A stretch of 64,000 bases of DNA, taken from NCBI GenBank assembly GCA_964016885.1, contig OZ024741.1, forward strand, positions 346,332,001 to 346,396,000. The letters are read 5' to 3'. The position numbers and the translations under genes are program-made. Below the pieces are notes generated by a model, which made no database searches, was not told the DNA's origin, and worked only from the letters and a program-made list of their open reading frames with translations. Positions 28,378 through 46,361 of the stretch are shown piece after piece (the stretch's first letter is position 1; each line of letters starts with the position of its first letter). The DNA comes from Eledone cirrhosa. Its lineage: Eukaryota.

Positions 28378-28508
28378 TAATTGCCTTATGTTGTTAATTA
28401 CATAACTATTAAGCTCTGTTACCTACATAGAGCACTCTTTTTTCCTGGAGTTTTCCGACGGAATTACTTCATTCATACATATATAAGTATATATATATAT
28501 AAAAACAT

Positions 28509-28589
<81 letters not shown>

Positions 28590-28749
28590 GAAACACACAG
28601 ATACATGCGGACACACACATATATACATGAATGCATCCGCACCCAACTGTGAGTTAAGGGTGCCAACTTCACCGATGTTGCTCAATGAATGACTGGGACA
28701 GACCAATTCAGTTTGAACTAGACTGAACCAGTATCAGAGTTAAAAATAC

Positions 28750-29209
28750 ATTATGAAGAGAGAAGAAACATTTAGATATAATTAGTAATAAAATGTATCA
28801 TACCTAAACTGTTCCTAAATTCCTCGACTACGTAGTTTCGTGGCATAAACAAAAACAATATATCAAAGATATAGAGTCCCTGCGAGGTCTGCCGACTTAT
28901 CAAGAGGATACCTCATTTTACTAGTCTCAAGAACGCGTCTACACGACGTGAGAAAGAATCCCAAACGTTATATCGCGTGACTATCTCCCCCTCCGCCTTT
29001 TGGGATTCTTTCTCACGTCGTGTAGACGCGTTCTTGAGACTAGTAAAATGAGGTATCCTCTTGATAAGTCGGCAGACCTCGCAGGGACTCTATATCTTTG
29101 ATATATTGTTTTTGTTTATGCCACGAAACTACGTAGTCGAGGAATTTAGGAACAGTTTAGGTATGATACATTTTATTACTAATTATATCTAAATGTTTCT
29201 TCTCTCTTC

Positions 29210-29214
<5 letters not shown>
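28750..29214. repeat. long inverted repeat (216-bp arms, 33-bp spacer) with an HHR in each arm
   Basis: 28750-28965 is the reverse complement of 28999-29214. Confidence 0.93.
29056..29143 (+). ncRNA. type I hammerhead ribozyme, U3-A8 core variant, family I (mirror 28821-28908 on -)
   Basis: tcctc TTGATAA gtcggca..tgccac GAA ACTACGTAGT C gagga; stems I-III pair; GUC site. Confidence 0.78.
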
Positions 29215-29248
<34 letters not shown>

Positions 29249-29250
<2 letters not shown>

Positions 29251-31775
29251 GATATTAAATAAATGGAAACTATATTTATAAAACCATATTTATTTCATTA
29301 TATATATTTCAGGGATATCATATTAAAAATATGTTATGCCTTCTTCAGACAAAATACAATATATTACAATGAAGCGTTAGCTAGAGCAGGATATAGTGAT
29401 AAAATTATGTACATAGATAATAATAGACAAACTAACCAAAATAACAACAATTTTAATTACGGCAACAACTTTAACAACTATAATAGAAAGCATTACAATA
29501 ATTCCAAAAGCCAAAAAAGAAATAGAACTAGGAATATAATATGGTTTGCCCCCCCCCCCCCCCCCTTTCTCACTAAACATTAAAACCCACATCGCTAAAC
29601 TATTTTTTAATGCTCTTGATAATCGCTTCCCTAGAACACATAGGTATCACTCAATTTTCAATAGACATACTATAAAATTAACTTACTCATCCACCAAAAA
29701 TTTAGCACAAAATATTAATAGAATAAATAATAGGAATTTAAAACCTAGCCAAAATACCGATAATAGCATAAATAATATCCAAGTTAACAAATGTAACTGT
29801 AGAGATAGATCTAAATGCCCGTTAAATAACAATTGCTTAGTTAAAAATATAATATACAACTGTAATGTAAAAACGGACTTAAATTCTTTTAACTATGTTG
29901 GTTCCACCTCGACAGAATTTAAACTTCGCTATAATAACCACAAGAATTCTTTCACAGATCCAAGCAAAAAATCCTCAACATCACTATCAGGCCTACTCTG
30001 GCAACTTAGGCATGATAACGTTGGATATTCAACGGCTTGGAATATAGTCTCAAGAGGGATTCCTTTTAATTCATCCTCTGAGACATGTGACCTCTGCGCG
30101 GAGGAGATATTCTTTATACTAAAATATAAAAATTCCCTTAATTTACGGACAAATTTATTCAGTTGCTGCAGACATAGATTGAACTCAACTTTTAAATATA
30201 AATATAAATTTAAAATGTAGTATATTTAATTTGGTTTATAATTATTTATGAAACTCGCCGATAAATCTTTCGATTCCTTTTTATTTTAAACATTCTTCAT
30301 GAATAATTAAACTACCCTAAAAGCTGATGCTCCAAATATATCGAATAAATTTTACACTAGATAAATTTCTATATTAAATATAAGACCATCTGTAGATCAA
30401 ATGGGTATCCTAAACTTTTGGAATGTTTTCTGCTAGACAGGATTTGGTAAATAATTTTTGGTTTTGTTTGCTTTTGATTCTGATGCTTATAACGAACTTG
30501 GCAATATATTGTCAATTAACTTCGAAGGGTTGATCTCTGTGGTTGATTTGCGGGGCATACTATGTTTTATTTTTATTTTAATATTTTTAATATTTTTAAT
30601 ATTTTTATTTTTAATATTTTTTTGATTTTTTGTTTTTTATTTACTTTTTGTTTCTGATATTTTTATTGATATATTGATATCTGTTCTCTATTTATGCTTG
30701 AACGATAATCATGTAGAGTAAAGACATGTATAGTATTGTTAAAATTAATGTAGACTCTATATATATTTGTGTGTATGTACACATATATGTATACTTAAAT
30801 TTTTATAGCACAATGGGAATGTTTTCGTGTGAAATAGGAATTTGCAGAGCTGATCACGTGAATTCACATGGATGTGTATAGTATAAAATCTGGGATAACC
30901 TTCTATTTTATCTCAACTCTAATTATAAACCTAGGAATTTTAGACTAGACATATGATCATTATTTTTAACACATTATTGATACGTGTCTCATTCATGAAT
31001 ACTGATATTTACATTATAATGCCTGGTTTATACGAATTGATATTTTTTTACATTGATGAAACATAGTGTTTTAAATCTGCCTCGTTTTTGTCTGGATATT
31101 TTTCTTTTCTCTCTATGTAACGGCTGTTTTCTCTCTTAACCACATATATCTCTCTCTACATTAATACTACAGCTAAATAAATAAATAAATAAATAAATAT
31201 ATCATTGATACATCATTCAACTGGTGCCCAACTACCTAGTTTCTTTCTCTCTATCTCTATCTATATCTATTTCTCTATATTTTCTCTCTCTCTCTCTCTC
31301 TCCTCTCTTCTCTCTCTCTCTCTCTCTATCTATCTCCCTCTGTGTTTTTTCCTCTCTCTATATATCTCTCTCTGTTTCTTTACATGAATTTCTTCTCTCT
31401 ATCTATCTCTCTATATCTATCTCTTTCTATTTAGTTGCATGCATTTCTTCTTTTTCTTCGTTTTTCTTTCTTTCTTTTTATAACTGTCCCTAATATTTTT
31501 TCACTACCAAATCAACTTTTCAAATAGAAGTCGAAGTTGAAAGGTATGTCGAATCTATCTATTTATAAGACTGTTTATATTGTATTTTGTCTGAAGAAGG
31601 CATAACATATTTTTAATATGATATCCCTGAAATATATATAATGAAATAAATATGGTTTTATAAATATAGTTCCTATTTATTTAATATCGTAAATATACTC
31701 CAAATACTTCTTGAGTGCTTTTATATCAGTTATAAATATTTACTCGTTGTTAACCCAACAATTTAAATACAACTT

Positions 31776-31780
<5 letters not shown>
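29249..31780 (+). mobile_element. 5'-truncated Hydra-like PLE with inverted pLTR
   Basis: GIY-YIG ORF 29546-30220 close to 3885-4478; family-A HHRs at 29286-29362 (-) and 31577-31653 (+). Confidence 0.9.
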
Positions 31781-31844
<64 letters not shown>

Positions 31845-31926
31845 GTATGGTTGCACGAAAAATACTACCGTAGGCCGTATGTTTAGTATATGAATTCGTC
31901 GCCGGAGACGAATTCATATACTAAAC

Positions 31927-32014
31927 ATATCTGACGACCTCTCGATTACAGAAACCGGTTCGATCTATAATAGGTCTTGTCTTGAGCTGATCGATAGTGA
32001 AACATATGTAATAT
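31927..32014 (+). ncRNA. type I hammerhead ribozyme, family J (mirror 35526-35613 on -)
   Basis: atat CTGACGA cctctcgat..atcgatagt GAA ACATATGT A atat; stem II imperfect; preceded by a 23-bp hairpin at 31878-31929. Confidence 0.65.
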
Positions 32015-32073
32015 ATTATTAAATATGTTATGCTGCAAAACTGAATCCTTGTTCCTTATCCTTATAATATAGA

Positions 32074-32169
<96 letters not shown>

Positions 32170-32919
32170 AAGAGTGAAGAATAACATGGTCGACTGTGCA
32201 AAAAAGGTTTTATTTACAGTATTAACATTTGTTCATTGATCAGGTGAGTCTCAAGGCCGCTAATCACTCGAAGTTGCGTCACTCGACGTTAAATACAGTG
32301 TGTGTCTCTGATCAATCATCGGAATTCCGATGATTTGATCAGAGATACACAAGAATAACCTGCATGGGAATTCTCGCAAACTCGCAACCTGACTAAGGAA
32401 ACCTCTTTTTGAGGCAACGCCGTACGTTAAAACTATCCATAGTACAGAGTACTCACAACCTCTAACTGGAATACCTAAAACGATAACTTGTTATCCCATA
32501 TATATATATATATAAAATAAGATATGATAGAAGAAAACAGATACTAAAAATTGAGGCTTATAATTTAAGATTGCAGTGTAATTTAATGAAAAGTGCAAAG
32601 AAATGAAAACGATTACGATATTCTGTAAATTCTGGGAGGAAAGGGAAACACCACTCTACGTTAGATATTAAGGAAGCATTTAAATTAGAATGTTCGATAT
32701 GATTTATAGAATTTTCTAAAATAAATACAAATCGCTATGTTTACAACGTGCCTTAGTTTATCATTTTAAAACTTTATCTAATACACTGTAGTTGCTTAGA
32801 ATATATGGAAAAAGTGTATGTTAGACTATAGGTGGAAATTATTCCATAAAAAGGAGACACAGAAATGGAATACTAGACACGATAAGATCTCACCGACATT
32901 TATTTTATTTGTATTTTAA

Positions 32920-33065
32920 TGGTTAAGGATGAATGGACAGATTCGTTAGAACGTTGGATAGTGTGCTTTGCGGTATTCATTTCGGATCCCTGCACTCTAA
33001 GTTCAAATCTTGCCGAGGTCAACTTTGACTTTCATTATTTCGAGGTCGATAGAAAACGTACCAGC
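32920..33065 (+). mobile_element. degenerate SINE
   Basis: gttcaaatcttgccgaggtcaactttgactttcat..gaggtcgata..gtaccag. Confidence 0.65.
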
Positions 33066-34419
33066 CTATCACTATCGCTCCCCTCTTTTCTCTTACTCTC
33101 TATCTTCTGGGAGACATCTGTTGTATTCGTCTGCAGAGTGCATAGGCTCCACCAGGTTTAAAGTACCCTAAGAAAAGCCATATGTCAATACGACGCTCCT
33201 ACGACACCCCCAGCAGTTGCGGATCAAAGCCGTATCGTATTAATGGTTACTTTAATTAAAGTTCTAAATCTCAAGAAATAGATATTTTGTTATGTTGTCA
33301 TTCGAGATTATCTGCTAATTATTTTAGTTACAATTATTATTGTATTATAATAACAATATTGTTTTTGTTACTATTGTAATTAATACTAATGTTCCCCATA
33401 ACAAACCAAGCGGACCGTCAAAGCATCGATATCACTGTCTTGTTGATTTTGGATACGGGCCTCTGAGCTCCGCATTTTCGGCCCAGCCACGGTCTATCAT
33501 GCTTCCGTCCTTTGTCGGAGTGCTCGACACCGACTGCCAATCTATTGCTGGAGTTGTTTCAGCCAACCTCCCCTCCCACAAACTTAGCACTATGTTAGGT
33601 TTACGTACTCCATCTTATATTGTCTATTACCATTATATTATCATTATATTACCATTATATTGTCCAGCGTTGCCAATACGTATCCCAAGTATCGAGTACT
33701 CTTTTGAATAATGCTCCAAATATTTTAAAACTGGTTTAATCCTGATATATATATATATATATAAGCTGCTTTAAAATTCCCTTTCTGGGATATTTTGGCA
33801 GTGGCTGTTTGGTTATCGTGTTAAGCTCTACTCGGAATTTTTGCTAGAGTGCTTAACATTATTTGTGACTAATCCCGGTCTTTTAAAAAAAAAAACTGCG
33901 ATAATATTGCTATTTTGCTGAACTCCTTACATTTTGTTCATTTTTTTCGGAATGTTTTTGACTGCTGTTTCTTGTAAACAGACATTCGTCTCATTCTGAC
34001 GTCACCAGCCATGTTTCTCCATGTGTGTTTATTTTCATAATTCCGCACAAGGTGAACTATCCTGCTTTTAAATTCCCTTTCTGGCATATTTTGGCAGAGA
34101 CTGTTTGGTTATCGTGTTGAGCTCTACTGAGGAACGACTCCAACCGTGACTAATCCCACTGAAAAGTTTCGTCAAACATCCTTTTTAAGACTATATAGAG
34201 CATTTGTAGTTTCTCCAAATTGAAGGATGAGTATTTAAACTTTATTTGTATGAGTATTTAAATTATTTTCCCATATCTTACGTTAATTATTTTTTATTTT
34301 GACGTTATAGTCACATTTACGAAATACTGTTGGCTTCTTGCTCACATTAATTTCTCTATTTTCATTTATATATATATGTATATATATATAAATGAAAAAA
34401 AAAATATATTATATAAAAT

Positions 34420-34458
<39 letters not shown>

Positions 34459-34528
34459 AATATATATATATATAAATTTATATATATATTTATATTTATA
34501 TATTTATATATATTTATATTTATATATT

Positions 34529-34559
<31 letters not shown>

Positions 34560-34581
34560 TTATATATATATATTTTATATA

Positions 34582-34613
<32 letters not shown>

Positions 34614-34634
34614 AATATAGATATATAAATATAT

Positions 34635-34694
<60 letters not shown>

Positions 34695-34873
34695 TAATAT
34701 CTAGTGTATAATATATATATATATATATTTTGAGTTTATGTTGGTTGTATACCAACACCTCAGTATGCAGGCTGGAGCACTCGACGAAGTGCGCAAGTTG
34801 GTTTGGTTACTCCGGAGTAGTGTAAAATAAAGTTAAATAAAAGTCAAATGATTAAAATTTAGCTTCGTTTATT

Positions 34874-34928
34874 ACTGCTATATATATTTCAGTGACAGCC
34901 ATCTTTGGCTGTGACCTCTTCAGGCAGT
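34874..34928 (-). ncRNA. type I hammerhead ribozyme, family D
   Basis: Minus strand: actgc CTGAAGA ggtcacagccaaagatggctgtcact GAA ATATATAT A gcagt. Confidence 0.82.
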
Positions 34929-35288
34929 TTGAATTAGTATGGTATAGACAAGTACATATGTTGTTTAGGTGTATGATATTGTCAATACTCTGATATGCCC
35001 AGTTCCTTGCTGGGTTGTTAATTCACTGGGGAACTGGAGTCATATGAATTCAAACAAACGAATTTTCGTGTCACAGGTCCCCTTCTCCTCTCATTGGTCA
35101 GTTATTAGTGTTGTCATTGTTGGAGTTAGCTTAAAAATTGATAAAATAGTAGAAGGGACAAGGTGTTGAAGGAACAAAATATCAAAAAATGTGTCAAACT
35201 TCCCATTGTTCAGTTCTGAGAGCATTCCTCAGTCAGAACTTCTGACTGAGGAATGCTCTCACCTGATCAATGAACAATTGTTAATACT

Positions 35289-38653
<3,365 letters not shown>

Positions 38654-38656
38654 TAT

Positions 38657-38813
<157 letters not shown>

Positions 38814-38854
38814 AATATATACATATATATAAATATATATATATATATATAGAG

Positions 38855-38991
<137 letters not shown>

Positions 38992-39185
38992 AATATATAT
39001 ATATACACATATATATATATATATAAAATAAAAAATTTCGCTGTCCATGGCTGAATACATTAAATGTAATCTGAGTTTTTCGAATATTAATAATAACATT
39101 CGATTCGTTTCAATTATGCCTCATTTTTAAGGCCATATCTATAGAATGAGGTCCTCATTCTTGCTCTTGTGTTGGTATGTAAACA

Positions 39186-39234
39186 GAACTGCAGACACTA
39201 ATGTTTCTGGGCACACCCTTCATCAGTACAGCTC
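39186..39234 (-). ncRNA. type I hammerhead ribozyme, family K
   Basis: Minus strand: gagctgta CTGATGA agggtgtgccca GAA Aca ttag tgT C tgcagttc; GUC site. Confidence 0.82.
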
Positions 39235-39308
39235 ACAGTTCCCATGTAGAGCGGAAAGGTAGAGAATTGAAGAAAGAAAGCCTAAAGCATGAGGATTAAT
39301 AAGAAGGT

Positions 39309-39368
<60 letters not shown>

Positions 39369-39442
39369 ATATAGATAGAGAGAAGGCGAGAGAGAAGTGA
39401 AGAGGAGTAAAGACAAATGAGAATATATATATATTTAATATT

Positions 39443-39548
<106 letters not shown>

Positions 39549-40053
39549 ATAATAATAAATATGAAGACTAAAATCCAAAGAGCGCTCGATAAGGATAAAT
39601 ATATATCAAATGTATTGAGATCCCGTTAAGGGTGAAAGCAGCGATCCTTTGCTTTAACTTTAATATCGTAATAAACAACACATAATTACTCCATTACCTA
39701 AGTTTTCATGAAATTAGACGATTCTATCAGAGACGCTCAATTCGCTAATCAGATGAAATATTTATATATGGTTGTGACAAGACTAATATTTTCGTCTTTT
39801 CAAATTAACTCATGCCTCCTCGTCAAAACACAAGTTTCATAACTTTTTCTACTTAGAATTACCTCACTTTTGACATATAAAATTTAAGTTGCTTGTCTAA
39901 TTAAAAGGTAGTTATGAGATTACTTTCTCTTAGAACACTCAACCTTTCAGGAACTTAACTAGATGTCCTCCATTGCTATTTTATCAGGCTGAATGTGTTG
40001 TGATACACAACCCAACGAAATTTAATTACCTGTATATGTCACTGATGTAACTG

Positions 40054-40108
<55 letters not shown>

Positions 40109-40125
40109 ACACACAGACCCCCCCC

Positions 40126-40177
<52 letters not shown>

Positions 40178-40183
<6 letters not shown>

Positions 40184-41408
40184 AAGAATGAAGAGTAACT
40201 AATATGGTCGGCTGTACATCAAGGGGCTTTATTTCAGGTATTGACAATTGTTTCATCGATAAGGTAAGTCTAGAGGTCGCTAATCGCTCGAAGTTGCGTC
40301 ACAGTTGAAGAAAAGGTGGTACATCCACAGACACTCCATGAAGAACCGTAGACTGGAAAACTCTACGACACTCGACAATAAAATCTGGCAGCTTAAAAAC
40401 ACAAACCAGGAATGTAGGATTAACTAGTCAAAATTATCGGTAGCAGGGCCTACTGCAATGGATGTCCTATTTAAGGTACGATAAGATGCTGCTTAACAGA
40501 AAATAGAGAGATCAATTTTATGTAGGCATAAAATAGCTACCAAGTTCACAAATTTCAAACCAACGTGATTCGAACCAGCAATCCCAGAATTAGAACTGAA
40601 TCACCTGGATTTTAACGTATGGAATAGACACCATCACACCGCTATTAGCTGTCAAACGGCCAACTCGTCACTAGATCATAAATCTCTTAACATCTCTTTC
40701 ACCCTCTCTCCCTGAAACAGCATCAACCCCATTAAGACAAGACAATCAGCAAAACATTTACCACACACATTTTTCAAAACTCCCTTCATCATCCACCCTT
40801 AGCCCTTAAATCTCATACTAGTATCTCCCAATTAATCTCTAATTTATTGCTTTTACCTTTTATCTGTCACTACATCAGACTTTCTACACGTATCTAAGTA
40901 TGTTTCGAATATGACTTTTCATGTTAACACTAAACCCACCACAGAATCCTTATACGAACACTTACTTACCACCACCACTATCATAGTATGAACTTACATG
41001 GTCTCACTTATCCTTATTTCTTTATTTCTTTATATTTTTCCATTTTCTTACTTTTTTACTGTATCTTTTTTCTTAACTTTTGCTTTTTACTTTTTACATC
41101 TGTAACTTCTCTACCTATTTATCATATATATTTTATTATTGATGTTATTGTTTTGATTATATGCTATTTCTCTATATATAACTTGCCTTGGGCGAATTGT
41201 TTTTGTATTCTGATGAGTTGGTCAGGGGTAAATAATGTAATGAAGATCGAGTGACGCAACTTCGAGCGATTAGCGGCCTCTAGACTCACCTGATCAATGA
41301 AACAATTGTCAATGAAATAAAGCCCTTGATGTACAGCCAACCATGTTACTCTTCATTCATTCACTATTATTACTCAAACTGGATTACCTATAACGATAAC
41401 TTGTTACC

Positions 41409-41412
<4 letters not shown>
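40178..41412 (+). mobile_element. decayed PLE 3' end with inverted partial pLTR
   Basis: 40305-40540 translates KKRWYIHRHSMKN..STTLDNKIWQLK..LCRHK; 40178-40303 mirrors 41250-41367; related pieces at 26040-26245, 32164-32500 and 35289-35382. Confidence 0.7.
41205..41315 (+). ncRNA. type I hammerhead ribozyme with expanded stem II, family L
   Basis: gtatt CTGATGA gttggtcagg..cctgatcaat GAA ACAATTGT C aat (aatac in the inverted copy). Confidence 0.75.
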
Positions 41413-41479
<67 letters not shown>

Positions 41480-41951
41480 CATACATACTTGATAGCTGTC
41501 CCTCGTCATCGAGTATGGCCATTGTACGATATACCATTATTAATAATTATTAATTAATTCTATCGTTCAATGCCTGTGCGTGAAGATATTTTTTAAAGTG
41601 AGGAAAGACTGTGCACCGAGCCAATACCACTCTCTGAGCGACAGTAGCTATAACCCGAAAGGAAGCAAAGAGCAACACCATCGGTAACTACTGAGCCGCA
41701 GGTTTTATATCGGAGTTATCCCAGTTTCCTGAGTTGCTTCCCCTAGAAGAATACCCTGACAAAGGCTAAGGGTCCTTCACTCTCAGTGGTTTAAGCACGC
41801 GATTGGGTGTCCAGCCCGACTATTTCTATGTCCCCCTGCATATACATACACATGCACCCATGTATATATACATATACATACATATGTACATGTGTATATA
41901 CATATTTACACTCTTTTGGGTGGCCGTTGACTCTTATGAGTTCTTCCGCCC

Positions 41952-41982
<31 letters not shown>

Positions 41983-42030
41983 CATACATACATGCATACA
42001 TACATACATACACACATATATACATACATG

Positions 42031-42141
<111 letters not shown>

Positions 42142-42254
42142 GTATTTATATATATATATGTATATATATATATGTATATATATATATATGTATATATATA
42201 TGTATATTTATATATATGTATATATATATATGTATATATATATGTATATATATG

Positions 42255-42332
<78 letters not shown>

Positions 42333-43434
42333 TATATCTGTGTGTGTATGTGTGTGTGTTTATAGATTTTTATGAATATATCCAGGAATGCAGAACAGTG
42401 CGGTTTCTAGTTTATCTCATATCTCTGGCGAAATGCGCAATGTTTATTAAAGTATACATTAGTGTCTTTCCGCATACACTTCCTTCCCTCTATTTTAACG
42501 GAATTGATTCCTGAATATATGAAGCTAGAAATGAGTGTTGTTTTGAATATATTTCTGGAAAAAAAACGGGGCAAATTGATACCTTAAAATGATGTACTTT
42601 TTCATTGTATATGCGTGTGAAACACAAAAACAAGACAAAGAAAATTCCATTAAAGCGTGATGTCCTGGTAATTGTTTATATATATATAAACTTAATATTG
42701 TGTCAAAAGTAAATACGTTAGGGTATAAAATTGATTAATGAGGCTATCTCAATGTAGCTTGTTATCGACTGAGATGCGTATTGGATAACATGATATAAAG
42801 AACATATAATCGATTATGAGTCAATAGATAACACCTGCATTGATATGTATGTCTGGATAGTGAATGTTAGCGTTCCATACAGTTGTTTCTGTCGTAATTT
42901 ATCTAAATATTGGGTTTCTATTTGGACACCAAGCACAAAAGGTCAGGAATTTGTTAAGTGAGTTGCAGCAAAAGAACATTATTTAAGCACTTTAGCTGCA
43001 TATGTTTAAGCGTCGGCAAGATAATCTGAATTGCGGCTTCTGTTTGTATGAAATATTTGAATCTCTTTGCCCTTCACATTACATTTCTGCAATACAGTTA
43101 GTCACACGATAATTATGGGTGGCATCATATTTGTTTATCTTCTATTGCACCCATACGTTGACATCTATGAAGTGAATAAAGCTGCATCTTTGGACAAAAA
43201 TGAATGGCAAGATGTTTTGTAGCATTTGTGGTATTCGGTAGAATTGTATATCTGTGTTAGTACAGAAGAAATATTGTCAAATTATTTATAGAGGTAACAG
43301 CGCTAAGAAATTAGACGGTGTAAATTGTTGATCATTGGAACTTTTCAAATTAGCCAACTGGATTCATCTCCATGAAGAATAGGCTGTCTAGCTATATGAA
43401 TGTGATCCGTTTTGATAAACGCAAACATTATTTG

Positions 43435-43694
43435 ATAGTAGTATCGGTAGAGAGTCGGACACCATACTTAATAGCAAAGAGTTACGGCCTTTTATGATCT
43501 GAGGCTGTGGATTGGCAGTATCAGTAGAGAGTTGGACACAATGCTTAGAAGCAAAGAGTTACGGCCCTATATGATCTTAGTTCAAATCCCGCCGAGGTTA
43601 ACTTTACCTTTCATCCTTACGGGGTCGATAAAATAAAGTACCAGGAATGTACTGGGATAATTGCTGGCCTCTTGCCAAAAGTAGAAACAATTAT
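43435..43694 (+). mobile_element. SINE with duplicated 5' head
   Basis: Partial head 43435-43502 followed by a full copy. Confidence 0.85.
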
Positions 43695-44396
43695 TTTATA
43701 GTAGTTCTCCGTGACCTTAGCCTTTCATCTTTCCAGCCTCGAAAAAATAAATAACTGCAAATTATAGATGTTGAAGTAATCAACTAGTCCTTTCCATTAA
43801 CTTTTAGCCCTCAAAATCAAATGTAATTATATTCACAGAATGTAATCGATGGTATGCCATATGAAATATCTCTTTTTATATTTTTGTATATTTCTCTATA
43901 TTTTGAGTTCAACTCCTTCGCAGCTAAAATGAGATACAGAAGCAAAACATCAATAAATGTATGGCCTTATGAAAAAGAAATGGACTACTATATGTTGAGG
44001 AATTTGCTAAAATCCGTATCACAAAAGCGAAAAGTGATGCACAGGCTTTCGGATTCGCTTATAAGATGAATAAAGAGCAAAATATGAAGTACACAGGATT
44101 TTCAAATTGTTCCTTTGTAAAATCATATATCAAAATACTACGTACCCTCGAATAAATCTAGCGATTGAAAAGAGGGAGAGTTTATGTGGTCATTCGAACG
44201 TGTGAAAAAGCAATTATACAGAGACACAACATAAAGCAAACAGAAAAGGCAGCTTGGGAACAACGAAAACATAAAACAAAAAAACAATGAATAGGTTAGT
44301 AAATAGGATTTTCATAGGTGGGTTACGTTAGAGAGTACTTGACAAACATTTATTAACAAATTCCCTACATTTAAATGTATTTATGAGAGCACAGGC

Positions 44397-44449
<53 letters not shown>

Positions 44450-44495
44450 GCAAAAAATGATTCACAGGCTTTCGTCGGATTCGCTTATAAGATGA

Positions 44496-45310
44496 ATTTT
44501 TCAATCACATATATTTTTATTTGTTTGACCCGAATTACTTGGTCGTTTTTATGACTGTGCGGATGATTGTTTAACCATCGTCTCAGTGTGTTTGGCCTTT
44601 AACGTATGCTGTAGCTCTAGTTCATCTGAATCATTGAGCGCTTGCCACACATCTCGGAAGTTGTTTTTCCTTAATTCCTAAGCCGAAATACGATTCTCGC
44701 TAATTTATATTTGTATTAATCTCCCGAGTCTAGCCTTTGACCAGTTAATTTTCTTGATTTTTTTAGTTGATTCTATTGACTGATGAATAGCTTATGTTAA
44801 CTTATAACCATTCTGTTGAGAGCTTAATTCGTTTTGTGATGTTTTGCATTCTTGCAAAAATATACACATACTGAATTCATCCGCCTAAAATAAGGGTTGC
44901 CTCCCTTGCCGAGCCCCACGTGGGGTCGGTAACGGTCATTCCTTAAATTAGCACTCGAACTAAAACCTGTTGAAAAAGTGGCTTCCTTGTTCAATCATCT
45001 TACCACAAGCCTAACATTATTTGTGTAAACGGACAGTACTTGATTTAGGAGTCGCAGAAACGCAAATGTTGGATTTTACCAACCATCCAGGGGTCCGGGT
45101 AAATTTTTTCAATCACATATATTTTTATTTGTTTGACCCGAATTACTTGGTAGTTTTTATGGCTGTGCGGATGATTGTTTAACCATCGTCTCAGTGTGTT
45201 TGGCCTTTAACGTATGTTGTAGCTCTGGTTCATCTGAATCATTGAGCGCTTGCCACACATCTCGGAAGTTCTTTTTCGTTAATTCCTAAGCCAAAATACG
45301 ATTCTCGCTA

Positions 45311-45316
<6 letters not shown>
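44496..45316. repeat. about 215-bp direct duplication (44496-44710 / 45103-45316), possible non-LTR remnant
   Basis: Near-identical blocks seen directly; minus-strand peptide only weakly reminiscent of R4/Dong. Confidence 0.6.
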
Positions 45317-45376
<60 letters not shown>

Positions 45377-45759
45377 TAAATATATATGTAAAAGGTAAAT
45401 AGAAATAACAACACAATCGGTACAGTGTACAAAATGAATATATTAGGTTACTCCTTCATAAAAAAAAAATAAGAAAGTAGAGAGATTGAAGGGACGGGCG
45501 GGGTGGAATTGGAAAAAAGTTTTTAGAGAAAAATAACAGGTCCATTCGTGTTTCTATCTCTTGTACATAAATACACACAAACACACAGACACACACACAC
45601 AGACGCACACACACACACATACACTCACACACACACACGCACACATACACACATATATATATATATGTTTTGCTAGGTTTTTTATATGAAATAGTGTGTC
45701 GAAACAAATATTGTTATACTTGGGGAGTGTTATATTGTTGTAATAATATTGCCAGAAAT

Positions 45760-45943
45760 AATTGTTTCTACTTTTGGCTCAAGGCCAGCAATTATCCAGT
45801 ACATTACTGGTACTTTATTTTATCGACCTCGTAAGGATGAAAGGCAAAGTTAACCTCAGCGGGATTTGAACTCAGACCGTAAAGACACGTAACTATACTG
45901 GAAAGCATGGCGTCCAACTTTCTACCGATACTGCCAATTCACC
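45760..45943 (-). mobile_element. SINE inserted into pLTR
   Basis: TSD ccagaaataat on both sides. Confidence 0.88.
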
Positions 45944-46012
45944 CAGAAATAATAACAGAACACACTCACTGTTTGGTTGGTTTTCCCTTCTGTATCTTTT
46001 AGGAGGAACATA

Positions 46013-46066
46013 ATAGTACCACTGATGATGTTGCAGATGTGCAATGAAAGAACTTTGTTAGACTAT
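46013..46066 (+). ncRNA. hammerhead-like motif, family M (copy at 62828-62881 has GAAA>GATA)
   Basis: CTGATGA tgttgcagatgtgcaat GAA AGAACT T tg; stem I weak. Confidence 0.55.
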
Positions 46067-46257
46067 ATATATGTGTTTATACCTATATTATATCTGTACT
46101 TTTGACCGTTGATCAGTCAATGGTAAACATTGAGGACCGAATGAATTAACTGTAGAGATATAAAAGATACAGAAGCGAAAACCAACCAAACAGTGTGTGT
46201 GTTGTTATTATTTCTGGCAATATTATTACAACAATATGACCTTCCCCAAGTATTACA

Positions 46258-46293
<36 letters not shown>

Positions 46294-46300
46294 GTAAATA

Positions 46301-46357
<57 letters not shown>

Positions 46358-46361
<4 letters not shown>

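Larger units (their letters stand above)
45712..46259 (+). mobile_element. solo pLTR (family M) with inverted partial copy interrupted by a SINE
   Basis: 45712-45998 mirrors 46165-46259; matches 62810-63062. Confidence 0.75.

Noticed and set aside
34120-34180. HHR-like CTGAGGA..GAAA..GTC
   Set aside because: Stems I and II do not pair convincingly; at most a decayed motif
41557-41800. Possible RTE 5'UTR or SINE-like segment
   Set aside because: Only a vague resemblance; no boxes, TSD or second copy to support it
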